A stretch of DNA of 64,000 nt from Acidobacteriota bacterium (GCA_963666055.2 CAXWPH010000007.1:256001-320000), one strand, 5' to 3'. Positions 45,785 through 56,382 are shown, counted from the first letter of the stretch. The notes: a model not told the origin generated them from the letters alone. Made by a program: numbers and translations.

Positions 45785-46201
45785 ATGCCATACAGGCGAC
45801 TTGCCGCACTCAGCACACTGGTAGTGACCGCCAACCTGCTCATCGGGGCGGCGCACATGCTGGCTCACCTGCAGCTCGGCGTGGCGCTTGCCCCGTCGCA
45901 GGATATATTCGTGAGCGTGGTGGTCGTAACGAGCCCGATCGTGGCGGCAGTCCTGGTACGTACGCCTTTGCGGCGCATCGGCGCCAGCCTGCTCACCGGG
46001 TCGATGGCGGGCGCCTTCGTCTTCAGCACCTACTTCCACTACATCTTGGTATCGTCCGACCACGTCGCGCACCTGCCGGAGGGCGAGCTGGAGTGGTTGT
46101 TTCGCCTGACCGCGGCGTTGCTGCTGGTGGCTCAGGGACTAGGAGTATCGATTGGCGTGCTCATGATGCGAGCGATACAGGAGGGAACATGGCGGACGTA
46201 A
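45785..46201 (+). CDS. Small membrane protein (about 4 TM)
   Basis: Four hydrophobic segments with His-rich loops (HMLAH, YFHY..DHVAH). Overlaps the start of the next gene. Confidence 0.7.
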   Translation: MPYRRLAALSTLVVTANLLIGAAHMLAHLQLGVALAPSQDIFVSVVVVTSPIVAAVLVRTPLRRIGASLLTGSMAGAFVFSTYFHYILVSSDHVAHLPEGELEWLFRLTAALLLVAQGLGVSIGVLMMRAIQEGTWRT

Positions 46202-46524
46202 CGCTGCGAACCATCGACGAGCTCGACGGCCACGAGAGCATGTTCCTCTACGCTGGCAAGGCCCTGGGAGTGACCGCCTGGGGCATGAACGTCCTCAAGC
46301 TACCCGCCGGGTGGGACGACTATCCGGAACACGACCACAACGAGGACGGACACGAGGAGGTTTACGTAACGCTGGAAGGCAGCGCCACGCTCGAGGCAGA
46401 CGGCGAGACCTGGTTGCTTGAGCCCGGCAACCTGGCCCGCGTTGGCCCGGCGCAGAAGCGCAGGATCGTCCCCGGTAGCGAGGGCGTCGTCTTGCTGGCG
46501 ATCGGCGGACCTGCCGAGAACTGA
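46189..46524 (+). CDS. Cupin domain protein
   Basis: AGGAGG RBS, EHDHNEDGHEEVYVTLEGSA motif. Confidence 0.85.
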   Translation: MADVTLRTIDELDGHESMFLYAGKALGVTAWGMNVLKLPAGWDDYPEHDHNEDGHEEVYVTLEGSATLEADGETWLLEPGNLARVGPAQKRRIVPGSEGVVLLAIGGPAEN

Positions 46525-46792
46525 TTCGTTGGGCGGCGCGCGCCTCGCGATCATCCATACAAAGAACCGCCGCGGACGCCACCGAGCCCGCGGCACGTGA
46601 TCGCCTCGATCTAGCTGGCAGGCCTACGAGGCTGTTGACCGCCTCTACCACTGGATCGTGCCCTGATCGGCAAGGCCCAGCCCTTGCCAGCAACCGCCCC
46701 TTACCGTTTACTTGCTTCGCCCATTGTCGATGACCCTGGTCGGCGATACGACGCCCGGCCGGGCCCGAACTGCTGGAACAAGGAAGGCACCG

Positions 46793-47794
46793 ATGCGGAA
46801 GCTCAGCGTCCTCGTTATCGCCCTCATACTCGTAGGCGCTTCGACCCTGATGATCGGAGGCGTGAACGTAGCGCCGGCTCGAGCAGCCGACCACCGAGAT
46901 GGCCCCAACGCCCTGGCCGATGGTCGTACGGACATCGGCGACACTTACATCTTCCCGGCAAAAAAGCGCAACTACACCGTCATGGTGATGACCGTAGACC
47001 CGTTCGCCGGCCTGTTGAGCCCCACGACGTTCAACGATGCCGCGACCTACGAGTTCAAGATCGACAATACCGGCGACAACAAGGTCGACACCATATGGAC
47101 CGCCGAGTTCAGCGGCTCGAGCAGAGGCGCGGCCGGCCGCATGACGGTGTCTCAGGACGGCAAGAATCGCGGCTCTGGCGCCGTCGACAGCGATTTCTCC
47201 CTCAGGGGGGGCGGCACGGCGATGGCGGGCATGTTCGACGATCCGTTCTACTTCGACGCCGCAGCGGCGGGTAACGACCTTCAGTTCTGCCCCGGCGGAG
47301 TAGGAAGTGACTTCTTCGCCTTCGGCAACATCATGGCGATCATCCTCGAAGTACCCACGAAGAGCCTGTTCGATGGCGCCGCCCAGATCGGTTTCTGGGG
47401 GGCGACGCGCGTCAACGCACGGCAGATTGACCGCATCGGCGGGCCGTTCGTCAACCTTTTCTTGCTGCCGACCAGTGCTCTGATGAACAAGTTCAACAAG
47501 AACAAGCAGCCGCATCGCGACCCGAAGAAGTTCGGCGACGTCGTGACGCAGACAATTCAGGGACTGGGGGCCGACGCCGCCACCGCCGCAGCTTTGGCGG
47601 GCTTGTTGCTACCGGACGTCATGGCCTACAGCACCGCCGCAGCAGCCGGCTTCCCGAACGGCCGTGGCCTGGCTGACGACGTCACCGACGTTAATCTGAT
47701 GACGCTTACTGGCGATGCGAACGCCACAGATTGCGTCGACAGTAACGACAAGGACTTCAGCTCCAAGTTCCCGTACCTGGCGCCGGCGCACTAG
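46793..47794 (+). CDS. Secreted DUF4331-family protein
   Basis: AADHRDGP...TDIGDTYIF, YEFKIDNTGD, DDPFYFD, QIDRIG.P, FPNGRGLADDVTD, FPYLAPAH. Confidence 0.85.
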   Translation: MRKLSVLVIALILVGASTLMIGGVNVAPARAADHRDGPNALADGRTDIGDTYIFPAKKRNYTVMVMTVDPFAGLLSPTTFNDAATYEFKIDNTGDNKVDTIWTAEFSGSSRGAAGRMTVSQDGKNRGSGAVDSDFSLRGGGTAMAGMFDDPFYFDAAAAGNDLQFCPGGVGSDFFAFGNIMAIILEVPTKSLFDGAAQIGFWGATRVNARQIDRIGGPFVNLFLLPTSALMNKFNKNKQPHRDPKKFGDVVTQTIQGLGADAATAAALAGLLLPDVMAYSTAAAAGFPNGRGLADDVTDVNLMTLTGDANATDCVDSNDKDFSSKFPYLAPAH

Positions 47795-47804
47795 TACCGA
47801 GCGA

Positions 47805-49139
47805 ATGAGCGGTCTGAAGGCCGCGGCGCTGGCGCTTCTTACCGTCGGCGTCGCGGCCATGCTCTTCAGCGCCCGGCCGGCGCTGCGCACGGCTCCGACC
47901 GACGCCACTACCTGGAACGTAGAGCTTGTCGACGCCACGGCGGTGGAGGCTTTGCCGCCGACTGATGCCGGCATCGCGGCGTTTAGAGCGCGCGTCGAGG
48001 AGCATCCCGGTTCTGCCCCCGATCACGTCACGCTGGGGCGGCTCTACCTGCGGCGCGCCGCCGAATCGGGCGACGACGCGCTCTATGCAGAGGCGGAGCG
48101 GACCTACCGGCGAGCATTCACGCTGGTACCGGACAACCCATCCGCTCGACTGGGTCTCGCGTCGGCGCTCGCGGCGCAACACCAGTTCTCCCTCGGGCTG
48201 GAGCTGATCGAACCGATCCTCGAACAGGATCCCGAAAATCGCCAGGCCCTGATGGCGGCCGGTGACGCCTACGTGGCGCTCGGGCGCTACGCAGAGGCGG
48301 CGACAGCGCACGAGGCATCCGCTGACCTGCAGTCCGGCCCCCCAGCTACAGCGCGGCTCGCGCAGCTGGAAGAATTGCACGGCAATGTCGATGAAGCGTT
48401 GGCGCTGTTCGAATTCGCCGCCCTCGAAGCCCTCCAGCTCGACGCTCTGGCCGACGATCTGGCCTGGTACCTGACGCGCCTGGCCGACAGCTACTTCCAT
48501 GTGGGCAACTACGATGCCTCCGCCCGCCATGCCGAAGTAGCCTACGCGGTGTCGCAACGCCAGCATCCCGCGCTCGCCCTGCTGGCCCGCGCCCGCGCTG
48601 CGCAAGGACGCTACGACGAGGCGATCGAGGCCGGCGAGCGGCTGGTCGCAGCAATGCCGCACCCCGAGCTCATCGGCCAGCTCGGCGACCTCTATGCAGC
48701 TACCGGCCGTATCGCCGAAGCGGAGCAACAGTACCAACGCGTCATCGCTCTCAGCATCACCGCTGGCCCGGTGGAGGATCGCCCGCTGGCGAGGTTCCTC
48801 GCCGACCACGACCTCCAGCCCGAACAGGCGCTGCTGCGGGCTGAGCGCGACGTCGAGCTGCGCCCGAACATCGAGGCACACGATCTGCACGCCTGGGCGC
48901 TGTATCGTAACGGCCGTTTCGAAGCCGCCGCCGAGGCCATCGAGCGCGCCTTGCGCCTGGGCACTCGACGCGCCGACTTCTACTATCACGCAGGCATGAT
49001 CTATGGAGCGCTGGGTGACGTTGACCGCTCGATCTCGTTCTTGCAGGAGGCGCTGGCGATCAATCCCGGATTCGATCCGCTGCAAGCACCGCTCGCCCGC
49101 GAGCACCTGGAGACACAGCGCGCTGCACACGCAAGCTAG
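47805..49139 (+). CDS. TPR-repeat protein associated with DUF4331
   Basis: N-terminal hydrophobic anchor, TPRs, AWALYRNG, YYHAGMIY, ALAINPGFDP. Confidence 0.85.
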   Translation: MSGLKAAALALLTVGVAAMLFSARPALRTAPTDATTWNVELVDATAVEALPPTDAGIAAFRARVEEHPGSAPDHVTLGRLYLRRAAESGDDALYAEAERTYRRAFTLVPDNPSARLGLASALAAQHQFSLGLELIEPILEQDPENRQALMAAGDAYVALGRYAEAATAHEASADLQSGPPATARLAQLEELHGNVDEALALFEFAALEALQLDALADDLAWYLTRLADSYFHVGNYDASARHAEVAYAVSQRQHPALALLARARAAQGRYDEAIEAGERLVAAMPHPELIGQLGDLYAATGRIAEAEQQYQRVIALSITAGPVEDRPLARFLADHDLQPEQALLRAERDVELRPNIEAHDLHAWALYRNGRFEAAAEAIERALRLGTRRADFYYHAGMIYGALGDVDRSISFLQEALAINPGFDPLQAPLAREHLETQRAAHAS

Positions 49140-49182
49140 CCAAGCGATCGCAACGTCGTGGTTCAGGTTCACGACCCAGATC

Positions 49183-49950
49183 GTGCTGGCTCTCGGCGTC
49201 GCCGCGGTGATCGCCTGCAGTGGGGCCTCGTCAGATGCGAGCGGTGAAGTGCTGGTGTTTGCGGCGGCTAGCCTGCGCGACGTCCTCCAGGAGGTCGGAA
49301 CGGCCTTCGAGGAAGAGGCTGGCATCAGCGTCGTATTCAACTTCGCTGGTTCCAACGTGCTGGCACGCCAGATCGAGGCGCGCCCGATCGCCGACGTATT
49401 CGTCTCCGCCGACGAGCGCTGGATGAACTACGTCGCGGATCTCGACATGGTGGCTCCCGGAACACGCACCACGCCGCTGGGCAACCGCCTCGTAGTGGTG
49501 GCAAACTCGGACAGCCAGCTGAGGCTCGGGGAAGTCGCCGAGCTCGCCGACGCCGACTTCAGCTTCCTGTCACTCGCCGATCCGGATGCCGTGCCGGCGG
49601 GCCGCTACGCCAAGGAAACGTTGCAGCGCGTACGAGTAGGGACCACCGATCTGTGGAGCCAGGTGCACCACCTGGTTGTGCCCGCACCCAACGTTCGGGC
49701 GGCGCTGGCACTGGTGGCGGCGCGACTCGATGTGGTCGGCATCGTCTACCGCACCGATGCGCTGACCTCGCCGCGGGTGAAGGTCGTGCTCGACATACCC
49801 GACTCCATGAGCCCACCCATCCGCTACGCGGTTGCCGCCATCGGCACGCAACCGACCGCGGCCACCAGGCGCTGGCTGGAGTTTCTCCGCGCCGACGCCA
49901 CCCGTGAGACCTTCGAGCGACACGGGTTCCTGACCTTCGAAGGCAACTGA
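49183..49950 (+). CDS. modA: Molybdate ABC transporter substrate-binding protein
   Basis: [41 protein letters not shown]. Start uncertain. Confidence 0.93.
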   Translation: MLALGVAAVIACSGASSDASGEVLVFAAASLRDVLQEVGTAFEEEAGISVVFNFAGSNVLARQIEARPIADVFVSADERWMNYVADLDMVAPGTRTTPLGNRLVVVANSDSQLRLGEVAELADADFSFLSLADPDAVPAGRYAKETLQRVRVGTTDLWSQVHHLVVPAPNVRAALALVAARLDVVGIVYRTDALTSPRVKVVLDIPDSMSPPIRYAVAAIGTQPTAATRRWLEFLRADATRETFERHGFLTFEGN

Positions 49951-49952
49951 CG

Positions 49953-50630
49953 GTGGACACTGTCACACTCACGGCCCTCGGCCTGACGCTCCAGGTTGCC
50001 GCCGCCGCCACCGCGCTCGTGCTCGTGCCCTGCACATTGATCGCCTACGCGTTGGCGCGCTACGAGTTCCGCGGCAAGGCCCTGCTGTCGAGCCTGTTCG
50101 GGTTGCCGCTGGTGCTGCCGCCGACCGCCGTCGGCTACCTGTTGCTCAAGACGTTGGGGAGCTCCGGACCGCTGGGACCTGCTGCCCTAGGCTTCGATCT
50201 CGGCATCCTTCTCACCTGGAAGGGAGCGGTCGTTGCCTCGAGCATCATGGCTTCGCCACTGGTCGTGCGCACCGCGCGAGTGACCTTCGAGGGCATCGAT
50301 CCACGTCTCGAGATGATGGCTCGCACGCTCGGTCATAGCCGATCAAAAGTGTTCCTGCGCTACACGATTCCGCTGGCCTCGCGCGGCCTGCTGGCCGCCG
50401 CGATTCTCGGCTTCACCCGCGCAGTGGGCGAGTTCGGCGCCACGGTGATGCTGGCTGGCAACATCCCGGGGCGTACACAGACCTTGTCGCTAGCGATCTA
50501 CTCCGCACAGCAGGCCGGCAACGACACCGAGGCATACGTGCTTTTGGGCGTCGCCGTGGCCGTCGGCCTCATTGCCATCCTGGGCTCCGAGAAGCTCTCG
50601 CGGGCGCCATTGCGAACCGGCTCGGCCTGA
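49953..50630 (+). CDS. modB: Molybdate ABC transporter permease
   Basis: [34 protein letters not shown]. Confidence 0.95.
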   Translation: MDTVTLTALGLTLQVAAAATALVLVPCTLIAYALARYEFRGKALLSSLFGLPLVLPPTAVGYLLLKTLGSSGPLGPAALGFDLGILLTWKGAVVASSIMASPLVVRTARVTFEGIDPRLEMMARTLGHSRSKVFLRYTIPLASRGLLAAAILGFTRAVGEFGATVMLAGNIPGRTQTLSLAIYSAQQAGNDTEAYVLLGVAVAVGLIAILGSEKLSRAPLRTGSA

Positions 50631-51796
50631 TGAGCACCGCGGGAAGGGGCGCCACCAGTGGGTCTGCCGACACCGCCACGCCGCTGCTGCAGGTAAGCGT
50701 GCGCCTGCCGCTCGATCACTTCGATCTCGAGGTCGACTTCGCCACACGGGCCCGCGCCGTGGGCGTGTTCGGGCCATCGGGCGCCGGCAAGACCAGCGTG
50801 CTACGCGCCATCGCCGGGCTCGAGGACCGGGCGCGCGGGCGGATCAGTTTGGGCGACGAAGTGTGGCTCGATTCTGCCGCCGGCACTTGGGTGCCGCCGG
50901 AGCGACGTGCCATCGGCTACCTGCCGCAAGACGGGCTGTTGTTTCCGAACCAGGACGTTCGCGGCAACCTGCTCGCCGGCGCTGCTCGCGCGCGCCGAGA
51001 GGGCCGCCACGTCGAGGAGCTGTTCGACACCACATGCCGGCTGCTGGAGCTCACAGCGCTGCTCGATCGCAACGTGGCAACCTTGTCGGGAGGCGAGCGA
51101 CAGCGCGTCGCCCTAGGGCGCGCCATCTGCTCGGGCCCGCGCTTGCTACTGCTCGACGAGCCCCTGGCGTCGATCGACCAGCCGCTGCGCCGCCGGGTGC
51201 TGCCATTTTTGCGGCGAGTGCGGGAGCAACTGGAGATCCCGATGCTGTTGGTGTCGCATGATCCGGTCGAAGTGCAGGCGCTGTGCGACGATTTGGTCGC
51301 CATGCAGCGCGGCGTCGTGGTGGCCAACGGCGAGGTGCGCGACGTGCTCACCGATGCCGAAGTGCTGCCGTTCAGTGGCCACGAGGGCTTCGACAACGTG
51401 GTCCACTGCACGTTGCTCGAGCACGGTGCCGGCACCAGCACGGTGCAACTCGGCGAAACCGGCGCGGCGCGGTTAACGGTACCGAAAACAAGTGGCGCAG
51501 CAGGCGACTCGCGTCTGCTGCGCGTTCCGGCACGCGACATCATCGTTGCGATCAACCGCCCCGTGGGCCTGTCGGCGCGCAACGTCGTGCCGGCCACGAT
51601 CGTGAGAATTCGCTCCGACGGTGACCTGCGCATGCTCGTCGCAGAGCTCGGCAACGGCTCCCCTGAGCTCGCTGCCGTGGTCACCAGCGAGGCGTGCAGC
51701 GCCCTAGGGCTGGAGGTTGGGCAGCACGTCTACATGATCATCAAGACAGCGTCCTGCGATCTGTATGACAGCCCACAAGAAAGTCAGTCCGAATGA
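50630..51796 (+). CDS. modC: Molybdate ABC transporter ATP-binding protein
   Basis: GPSGAGKT, LSGGERQR, LLDEPL and a C-terminal TOBE/mop domain (LSARN, MIIK). Confidence 0.95.
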   Translation: MSTAGRGATSGSADTATPLLQVSVRLPLDHFDLEVDFATRARAVGVFGPSGAGKTSVLRAIAGLEDRARGRISLGDEVWLDSAAGTWVPPERRAIGYLPQDGLLFPNQDVRGNLLAGAARARREGRHVEELFDTTCRLLELTALLDRNVATLSGGERQRVALGRAICSGPRLLLLDEPLASIDQPLRRRVLPFLRRVREQLEIPMLLVSHDPVEVQALCDDLVAMQRGVVVANGEVRDVLTDAEVLPFSGHEGFDNVVHCTLLEHGAGTSTVQLGETGAARLTVPKTSGAAGDSRLLRVPARDIIVAINRPVGLSARNVVPATIVRIRSDGDLRMLVAELGNGSPELAAVVTSEACSALGLEVGQHVYMIIKTASCDLYDSPQESQSE

Positions 51797-52314
51797 GCTC
51801 CTCCGGGGACAACGGCGCGCCATGCAGCACCAGCGCGGTCGAGACGAGCGCGAGCATCCGCATCTTCGTCGACGCCGACGCCTGCCCGGTCAAGAACGAG
51901 GTGTACCGAGTGGCGCGCCGTTATCAGCTCCAGGTTCGAGTGGTGACCAACTCCTGGATCCGCATACCGGACGACGAAGCGTTCGACCTCATCGTCGTGG
52001 AGGGGCAGTTCGACGCCGCGGATGACTGGATCGTCGACAACTGCGGCCCCGGCGACGTCGTCATCTGCGACGACATTCCGCTTGCGGCGCGAACGCTGCA
52101 GCGCGGCGCCCGCGCACTCAGCCCGCGCGGCCGTCCGTTCACCGAAGATTCCATCGGCGGCGCGTTGGCGACCCGGGAGCTCATGTCGCAGCTACGCGAC
52201 ATGGGAACGGTGACCGGCGGCCCGGCGCCGTTCGCAAAACGCCACCGATCGCGGTTCTTGCAGCAACTCGACCAGACCGTCCAGGACCTACGCAAGCGAG
52301 GATCTCGCCGATGA
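51793..52314 (+). CDS. YaiI/YqxD (DUF188) family protein
   Basis: IFVDADACPVK, DAADDWI, DIPLAA, GGPAPF. Confidence 0.92.
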   Translation: MSSSGDNGAPCSTSAVETSASIRIFVDADACPVKNEVYRVARRYQLQVRVVTNSWIRIPDDEAFDLIVVEGQFDAADDWIVDNCGPGDVVICDDIPLAARTLQRGARALSPRGRPFTEDSIGGALATRELMSQLRDMGTVTGGPAPFAKRHRSRFLQQLDQTVQDLRKRGSRR

Positions 52315-52694
52315 ACCCCTTCAGTCATATCGACCTGCGCGTCGACAGCATGCCGAAATGCCTGCCGTTCTACGAGAGGCTGTTGTCGAGGTTTGGCTTC
52401 GGCAGCCCCACCAGCGATGGCGAATGGCAGATCTTCGTCGGCGGCGGCGAGTATCCCAGCGTTGCCTTCTTCTCGATCATCGAAGCGGCAACACACCAGC
52501 CAAACGGCAACCGCATCGCATTTTGGGCCGCGTCGCGTGACGAGGTCGATGAAATCGGCGCGCTACTGCGCCAGATCGGAGCCAGCATCGAGAGCGGCCC
52601 GCGTCTGTGCAGCGAATACAACGATGGTTACTACGCAGTTTTTTTCGAGGATCCGGCAGGGAACCTGCTCGAGGTCGTGCACCGAACGGAGTGA
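52311..52694 (+). CDS. VOC/glyoxalase family protein
   Basis: FSHIDLRV, IAFWAASRDEVD, YYAVFFEDPAGNLLEV. Confidence 0.9.
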   Translation: MNPFSHIDLRVDSMPKCLPFYERLLSRFGFGSPTSDGEWQIFVGGGEYPSVAFFSIIEAATHQPNGNRIAFWAASRDEVDEIGALLRQIGASIESGPRLCSEYNDGYYAVFFEDPAGNLLEVVHRTE

Positions 52695-52697
52695 AAC

Positions 52698-53435
52698 ATG
52701 CCCACTGACGCCTCAGCACGCTGCAGAAGCCAACAGCCGGTCTTCCCGCTCTCGCCACTCAGAGCCACGGTCGGTGCGTCGATCGCTGCCTTGTTCCTGC
52801 TCGCGACGCCGGCCGGCGCGCAAGATGTCGACCCGCGACTCGACGAGGCAATCCGCTGGTACACCGGCATGACCGGCACGGTCGATGACCACCGAGCTCG
52901 GGAGCTGCTGCTCGAAGCGCTCGAGGATCCCAATCCGATCAGCCGCATGTGGCTCGCCCGCTGCCACTCGCGCGGCCGCATGTTCTTCGAGCGCGACGAG
53001 ACACGCGCCGATCAGATCGCCGCCGAGGTATTGGACGAGGTCGAGCGTCTGGCCCGCCGCGGCGTCGCCGAAGCGGCGTTCCTCATGGGCACGGCCAACG
53101 ACGAAGGCCTCGCCATGGAGGTCGACCCCGCCATGGCCGCCGCCTGGTTTCACCGCGCCGCCGACCAGGCTCATGTGCTGGCACAGCACAATCTCGGCAA
53201 CGCCTACTACGGCGGCCGCGGGCTGCCGCAGAGCGACACGATGGCCGTTTACTGGTGGCTTCAGGCAGCCGAGCAAGGCGACGCCATACCGCAGCGCGAG
53301 CTCGCCTCCATGTTCGAGCAGGGTCGGGGCGTCGAAAAGGACCTCGCCGAGGCGGAGCGTTGGTATCGGCAGAGCGCCGAGAGGGGGAACACCCAGGCAC
53401 GAGAGGCCCTCGAGCGGCTGACCAGTCAACGCTGA
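52698..53435 (+). CDS. Secreted Sel1-repeat protein
   Basis: AQHNLGNAYYGGRG, AVYWWLQAAEQG, GRGVEKDLAEAERWYRQSAERG. Confidence 0.88.
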   Translation: MPTDASARCRSQQPVFPLSPLRATVGASIAALFLLATPAGAQDVDPRLDEAIRWYTGMTGTVDDHRARELLLEALEDPNPISRMWLARCHSRGRMFFERDETRADQIAAEVLDEVERLARRGVAEAAFLMGTANDEGLAMEVDPAMAAAWFHRAADQAHVLAQHNLGNAYYGGRGLPQSDTMAVYWWLQAAEQGDAIPQRELASMFEQGRGVEKDLAEAERWYRQSAERGNTQAREALERLTSQR

Positions 53436-53590
53436 GCGGCCTGCCTCGTAGCCTGGCCACCAGCCACCACCGCTCCGACCGGCGATCGACGATCGACGAC
53501 CAGACCCGTCGGAGCGCGGTGGAGGACGCCACGGTACGATGGGCAAACATCCGCATCTCGCGCGAGCGCCTACGACATTGTCGTCCTGTC

Positions 53591-54442
53591 ATGGAGATCG
53601 TCCGACACCTCGACGCCACCGCGTTTCTCCATCGGGCCGAAGTATGGCTGCGACAGGCTGAGGCAGAAAACAACCTGGTGCTCGGCATCGCCCGGGCGCT
53701 GATCGGCGGCGACCACCCATACCGGGATCCCATCTACCTGGCGACGGTCGAGGACAACGGCAAGGTGTGCGGCTGCGCCTTTCGTACGCCGCCCTACAAG
53801 CTCGCGCTGACGCGCATGCCACCGGCAGCGATCGACGCTCTGGTCGAGAGCATCGCCTCTCTGTATCCCTCGATACATGCGGTTGGCGGGCCGGAGTCCA
53901 CCGCAAACCGGTTCGCTCGGGCCTGGACACTGCGCCAGGGGATCGAGAGCGAGGTGTCGATGCGCAACGGCATCTATGCTCTCGACAGTGTCGTCCGCCC
54001 GTCGTCACCACCCGCCGGCTCGATGCGCCAGGCGTCGGGTTCCGACCTGGCGCGCCTGAGTCAGTGGGCACACCTCTTCGTCGAGGAAACTGGTGTAGAG
54101 CACCCCGACCCGGCCGAGCTGGCGGCTCGGCTCCTCGAGCAGGGAGCGATGTACGTATGGGAGGACGACTCTGTCACCTCGATGGCGGCGGCGATGGACC
54201 CCACGCCCACCGGTATTCGCATTGGCTATGTCTACACGCCGCCAGAAGCACGTGGCCTTGGCTATGCTTCGATCCTCGTCGCCAAACTCAGCCAGCTGCA
54301 CCTCGATCGCGGCTGCAGCTCGTGCTTTCTGTACACCGACATGGCCAACCCCACATCGAACGCCATCTACCAGCGCATCGGCTATCGGCAGGTGTGCGAG
54401 GTCGTGGACATCGCCTTCCGTCAACGCGCCATCTCTCACTAG
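53591..54442 (+). CDS. GNAT family N-acetyltransferase
   Basis: EAENNLVLG, VYTPPEARGLGYAS, LYTDMANPTSNAIYQRIGY. Confidence 0.92.
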   Translation: MEIVRHLDATAFLHRAEVWLRQAEAENNLVLGIARALIGGDHPYRDPIYLATVEDNGKVCGCAFRTPPYKLALTRMPPAAIDALVESIASLYPSIHAVGGPESTANRFARAWTLRQGIESEVSMRNGIYALDSVVRPSSPPAGSMRQASGSDLARLSQWAHLFVEETGVEHPDPAELAARLLEQGAMYVWEDDSVTSMAAAMDPTPTGIRIGYVYTPPEARGLGYASILVAKLSQLHLDRGCSSCFLYTDMANPTSNAIYQRIGYRQVCEVVDIAFRQRAISH

Positions 54443-54529
54443 TGTGCTGTCTCCGATGAGGCTTCTCCTTGCCTCCACTTCGCAAGTCCCTGTCGCCAGA
54501 CCCACCACACTTTCACCACAGCCTGCTAG
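54439..54529. repeat. CTAG-bounded composite repeat filling a convergent intergenic space
   Basis: The right part is near-identical to ~12299-12362. Both terminal CTAGs carry the stop codons of the flanking genes, and the left end CTAGTGTGCTGT resembles 41679. Confidence 0.9.
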
Positions 54530-55839
54530 CGCAAGGTGGCAGCCAGTCGACGCAGGCTGGCCTCGTCGGTATCCGCGCGCAGCCACACCAGGTAGCCACG
54601 CCGATCCCGCCAGCGCAGCATGTGGTCGCCGTTCGGGTGAACACTGAACACAGCAGTCTCCAGGCCAGACCTGGCGCGCCCTCCCTGGCGCCGCGGAGCC
54701 GCGAGCTGACGGAACTCCTCAGACGCATCCAAGACATCGAGATCTGCCGCCGCGTCCGCCATTGATCCCACGTACTGCTGCAACAGGGTGACCTGAGCGC
54801 CGCCTTCGAGCACATAGCGATGCCGCAGCACCGGGCGACCGCGAGTCGCGTCGGGGAGCCCGCCCCCGGGACCCACTGACACCTCCACCGTGCCGGTGCC
54901 GACGAACTGCAAAGGTGGGGCCCCGAGCCAGTCCTCGGCGGCCAGCGCGTCGATCGCGGTCAGTGTGTCGCTCGCCGTCAGCTCGTCGCCCGCACGAAAG
55001 TCGCGAGACACGACGGCCGCTTCGGCCTCCAACCGGGACCGAGCGCTGCTCGCCGAGGCGGTCACTGGCGCGGGCGCTGGCAGGCGGCCCGCCGCGAGCC
55101 GATCTTCCTCGCGGTCGGCCAGCGCCAGCCTCCGTTTCTGGAGGTCCGCTAGCGCGGCGCCGCCACGCACCTCGCCAGAGACAATCTCGTCTGGGCGAGC
55201 GGCGGCGCGCAGACCTTCCCCGACGCCACCTGCGGATCGAGCCACTGGTGACAACGGCGCGGGCGCGGCGGCCCGCTCTGCACGTCGGGCTGGCTGAGCG
55301 GCGGCGATGTCGTCGGCCACCTCGTCAACCATGGCGGCAAGCGACGGCGCGGGTTTAGTGGCCTGCGGCGATTGTTCGAGGCGGTTGTCGGGCACCAGCT
55401 CGACTGTGCTGGTGGGCGGCGCCAAGGTGCCTTCGGTGAGCTCCGCGGCCTGCTCCTGCGTCGGTTCGGCCAGGCGAATCTCCGCTGACCGATTCGACGC
55501 CCCGGGCGCAAACTCGCGGTTGGCCTGCCACCCGAGCCCGAAGGCCAACACCAGCGTCGCCGCCCAGGCGAGATCACGCCGCCAGGTGCGCGCTGATCGC
55601 GGTGCCGGTAGGACGCCCTGGCCGGCCCGATCGAGCATCTCACGCCACCCGGGTGCCTCCACCTCGGGCGCCAGCTCGCCCACCAGCTGCGCCGCTAGCG
55701 ACCTGGTTGCGGCGGCGTCCTCAATCAGCAAACGACACGATTCGCACCCGTGCAGATGGCCTTCCAACGCGAGGCGCTCGGCCGCCGTGCACTCGCCGTC
55801 CAGGTAGGCATGCATCCCTCCCTCGTCAACGTGCGGCAT
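54526..55839 (-). CDS. Zinc-finger (ZAS/zf-HC2) transmembrane anti-sigma factor
   Basis: AYLDGE...HLHGCESC (HxxxCxxC), TM LAWAATLVLAFGLGW, directly downstream of the sigma gene. Confidence 0.85.
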   Translation of the reverse strand: MPHVDEGGMHAYLDGECTAAERLALEGHLHGCESCRLLIEDAAATRSLAAQLVGELAPEVEAPGWREMLDRAGQGVLPAPRSARTWRRDLAWAATLVLAFGLGWQANREFAPGASNRSAEIRLAEPTQEQAAELTEGTLAPPTSTVELVPDNRLEQSPQATKPAPSLAAMVDEVADDIAAAQPARRAERAAAPAPLSPVARSAGGVGEGLRAAARPDEIVSGEVRGGAALADLQKRRLALADREEDRLAAGRLPAPAPVTASASSARSRLEAEAAVVSRDFRAGDELTASDTLTAIDALAAEDWLGAPPLQFVGTGTVEVSVGPGGGLPDATRGRPVLRHRYVLEGGAQVTLLQQYVGSMADAAADLDVLDASEEFRQLAAPRRQGGRARSGLETAVFSVHPNGDHMLRWRDRRGYLVWLRADTDEASLRRLAATLR

Positions 55840-56326
55840 CGCTCGCTCCTCGTTGTTGTTGCTGACGATCCCACGCCTCTACCAGTCGTTTGCGCGCCCG
55901 TGCGAGCGTCGTGCCCATCGACCCTGCCGACAGACCAAGTTGCTCCGCAATCTCGTCGTACGAGAAGCCCTGCTCCTTGAGCATCAGTGCCTGCCGATGG
56001 CGCTCAGGAAGCTCGGCAAGCGCTGCTTGAATCCGTTCCTGTCGTTGTCGCCGCACCAATTCCTCATCGGCGGCCACCTCGTCGGTCACCGATGTCGCCA
56101 CCAGGCGCAGGTGGTGTCGCCGCACCGCGATGCGACGCCCCTCGTCGCGCACCAGGTTGGCGGCCACGGTGTAGAGCCAACTCCGCGGGTTGCTGGGACG
56201 ATTGCGGATGGCGCGCACAAAGGCCTCCTGAGCCAGTTCCTCGGAACGAGCAAGGTCTCCCAGCCTGCGGTTGATGAACCCGACCAGGGGACCGTACTGC
56301 TCCTTGTAGACCTGTTCCAGATCCAC
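55826..56326 (-). CDS. ECF-subfamily RNA polymerase sigma factor
   Basis: EELAQEAFVRA, SWLYTVAANL, LPERHRQAL, GFSYDEIAEQLG...LARAR. Confidence 0.93.
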   Translation of the reverse strand: MDLEQVYKEQYGPLVGFINRRLGDLARSEELAQEAFVRAIRNRPSNPRSWLYTVAANLVRDEGRRIAVRRHHLRLVATSVTDEVAADEELVRRQRQERIQAALAELPERHRQALMLKEQGFSYDEIAEQLGLSAGSMGTTLARARKRLVEAWDRQQQQRGASDAAR

Positions 56327-56382
56327 GCGTTACTCCTGGGTGCCAGGGGCCCGACTGGCGGGCTCCCGGCTCCCAACTCCGG

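Noticed and set aside
46525-46690. Possible gene tail SWQAYEAVDRLYHWIVP* followed by a GGCAAGG/CCTTGCC hairpin, with a CTAG at 46611
   Set aside because: No family is recognisable, and the CTAG context matches the repeat too poorly.
53436-53590. Coding-like intergenic stretch before the GNAT gene
   Set aside because: No recognisable motif in any frame.
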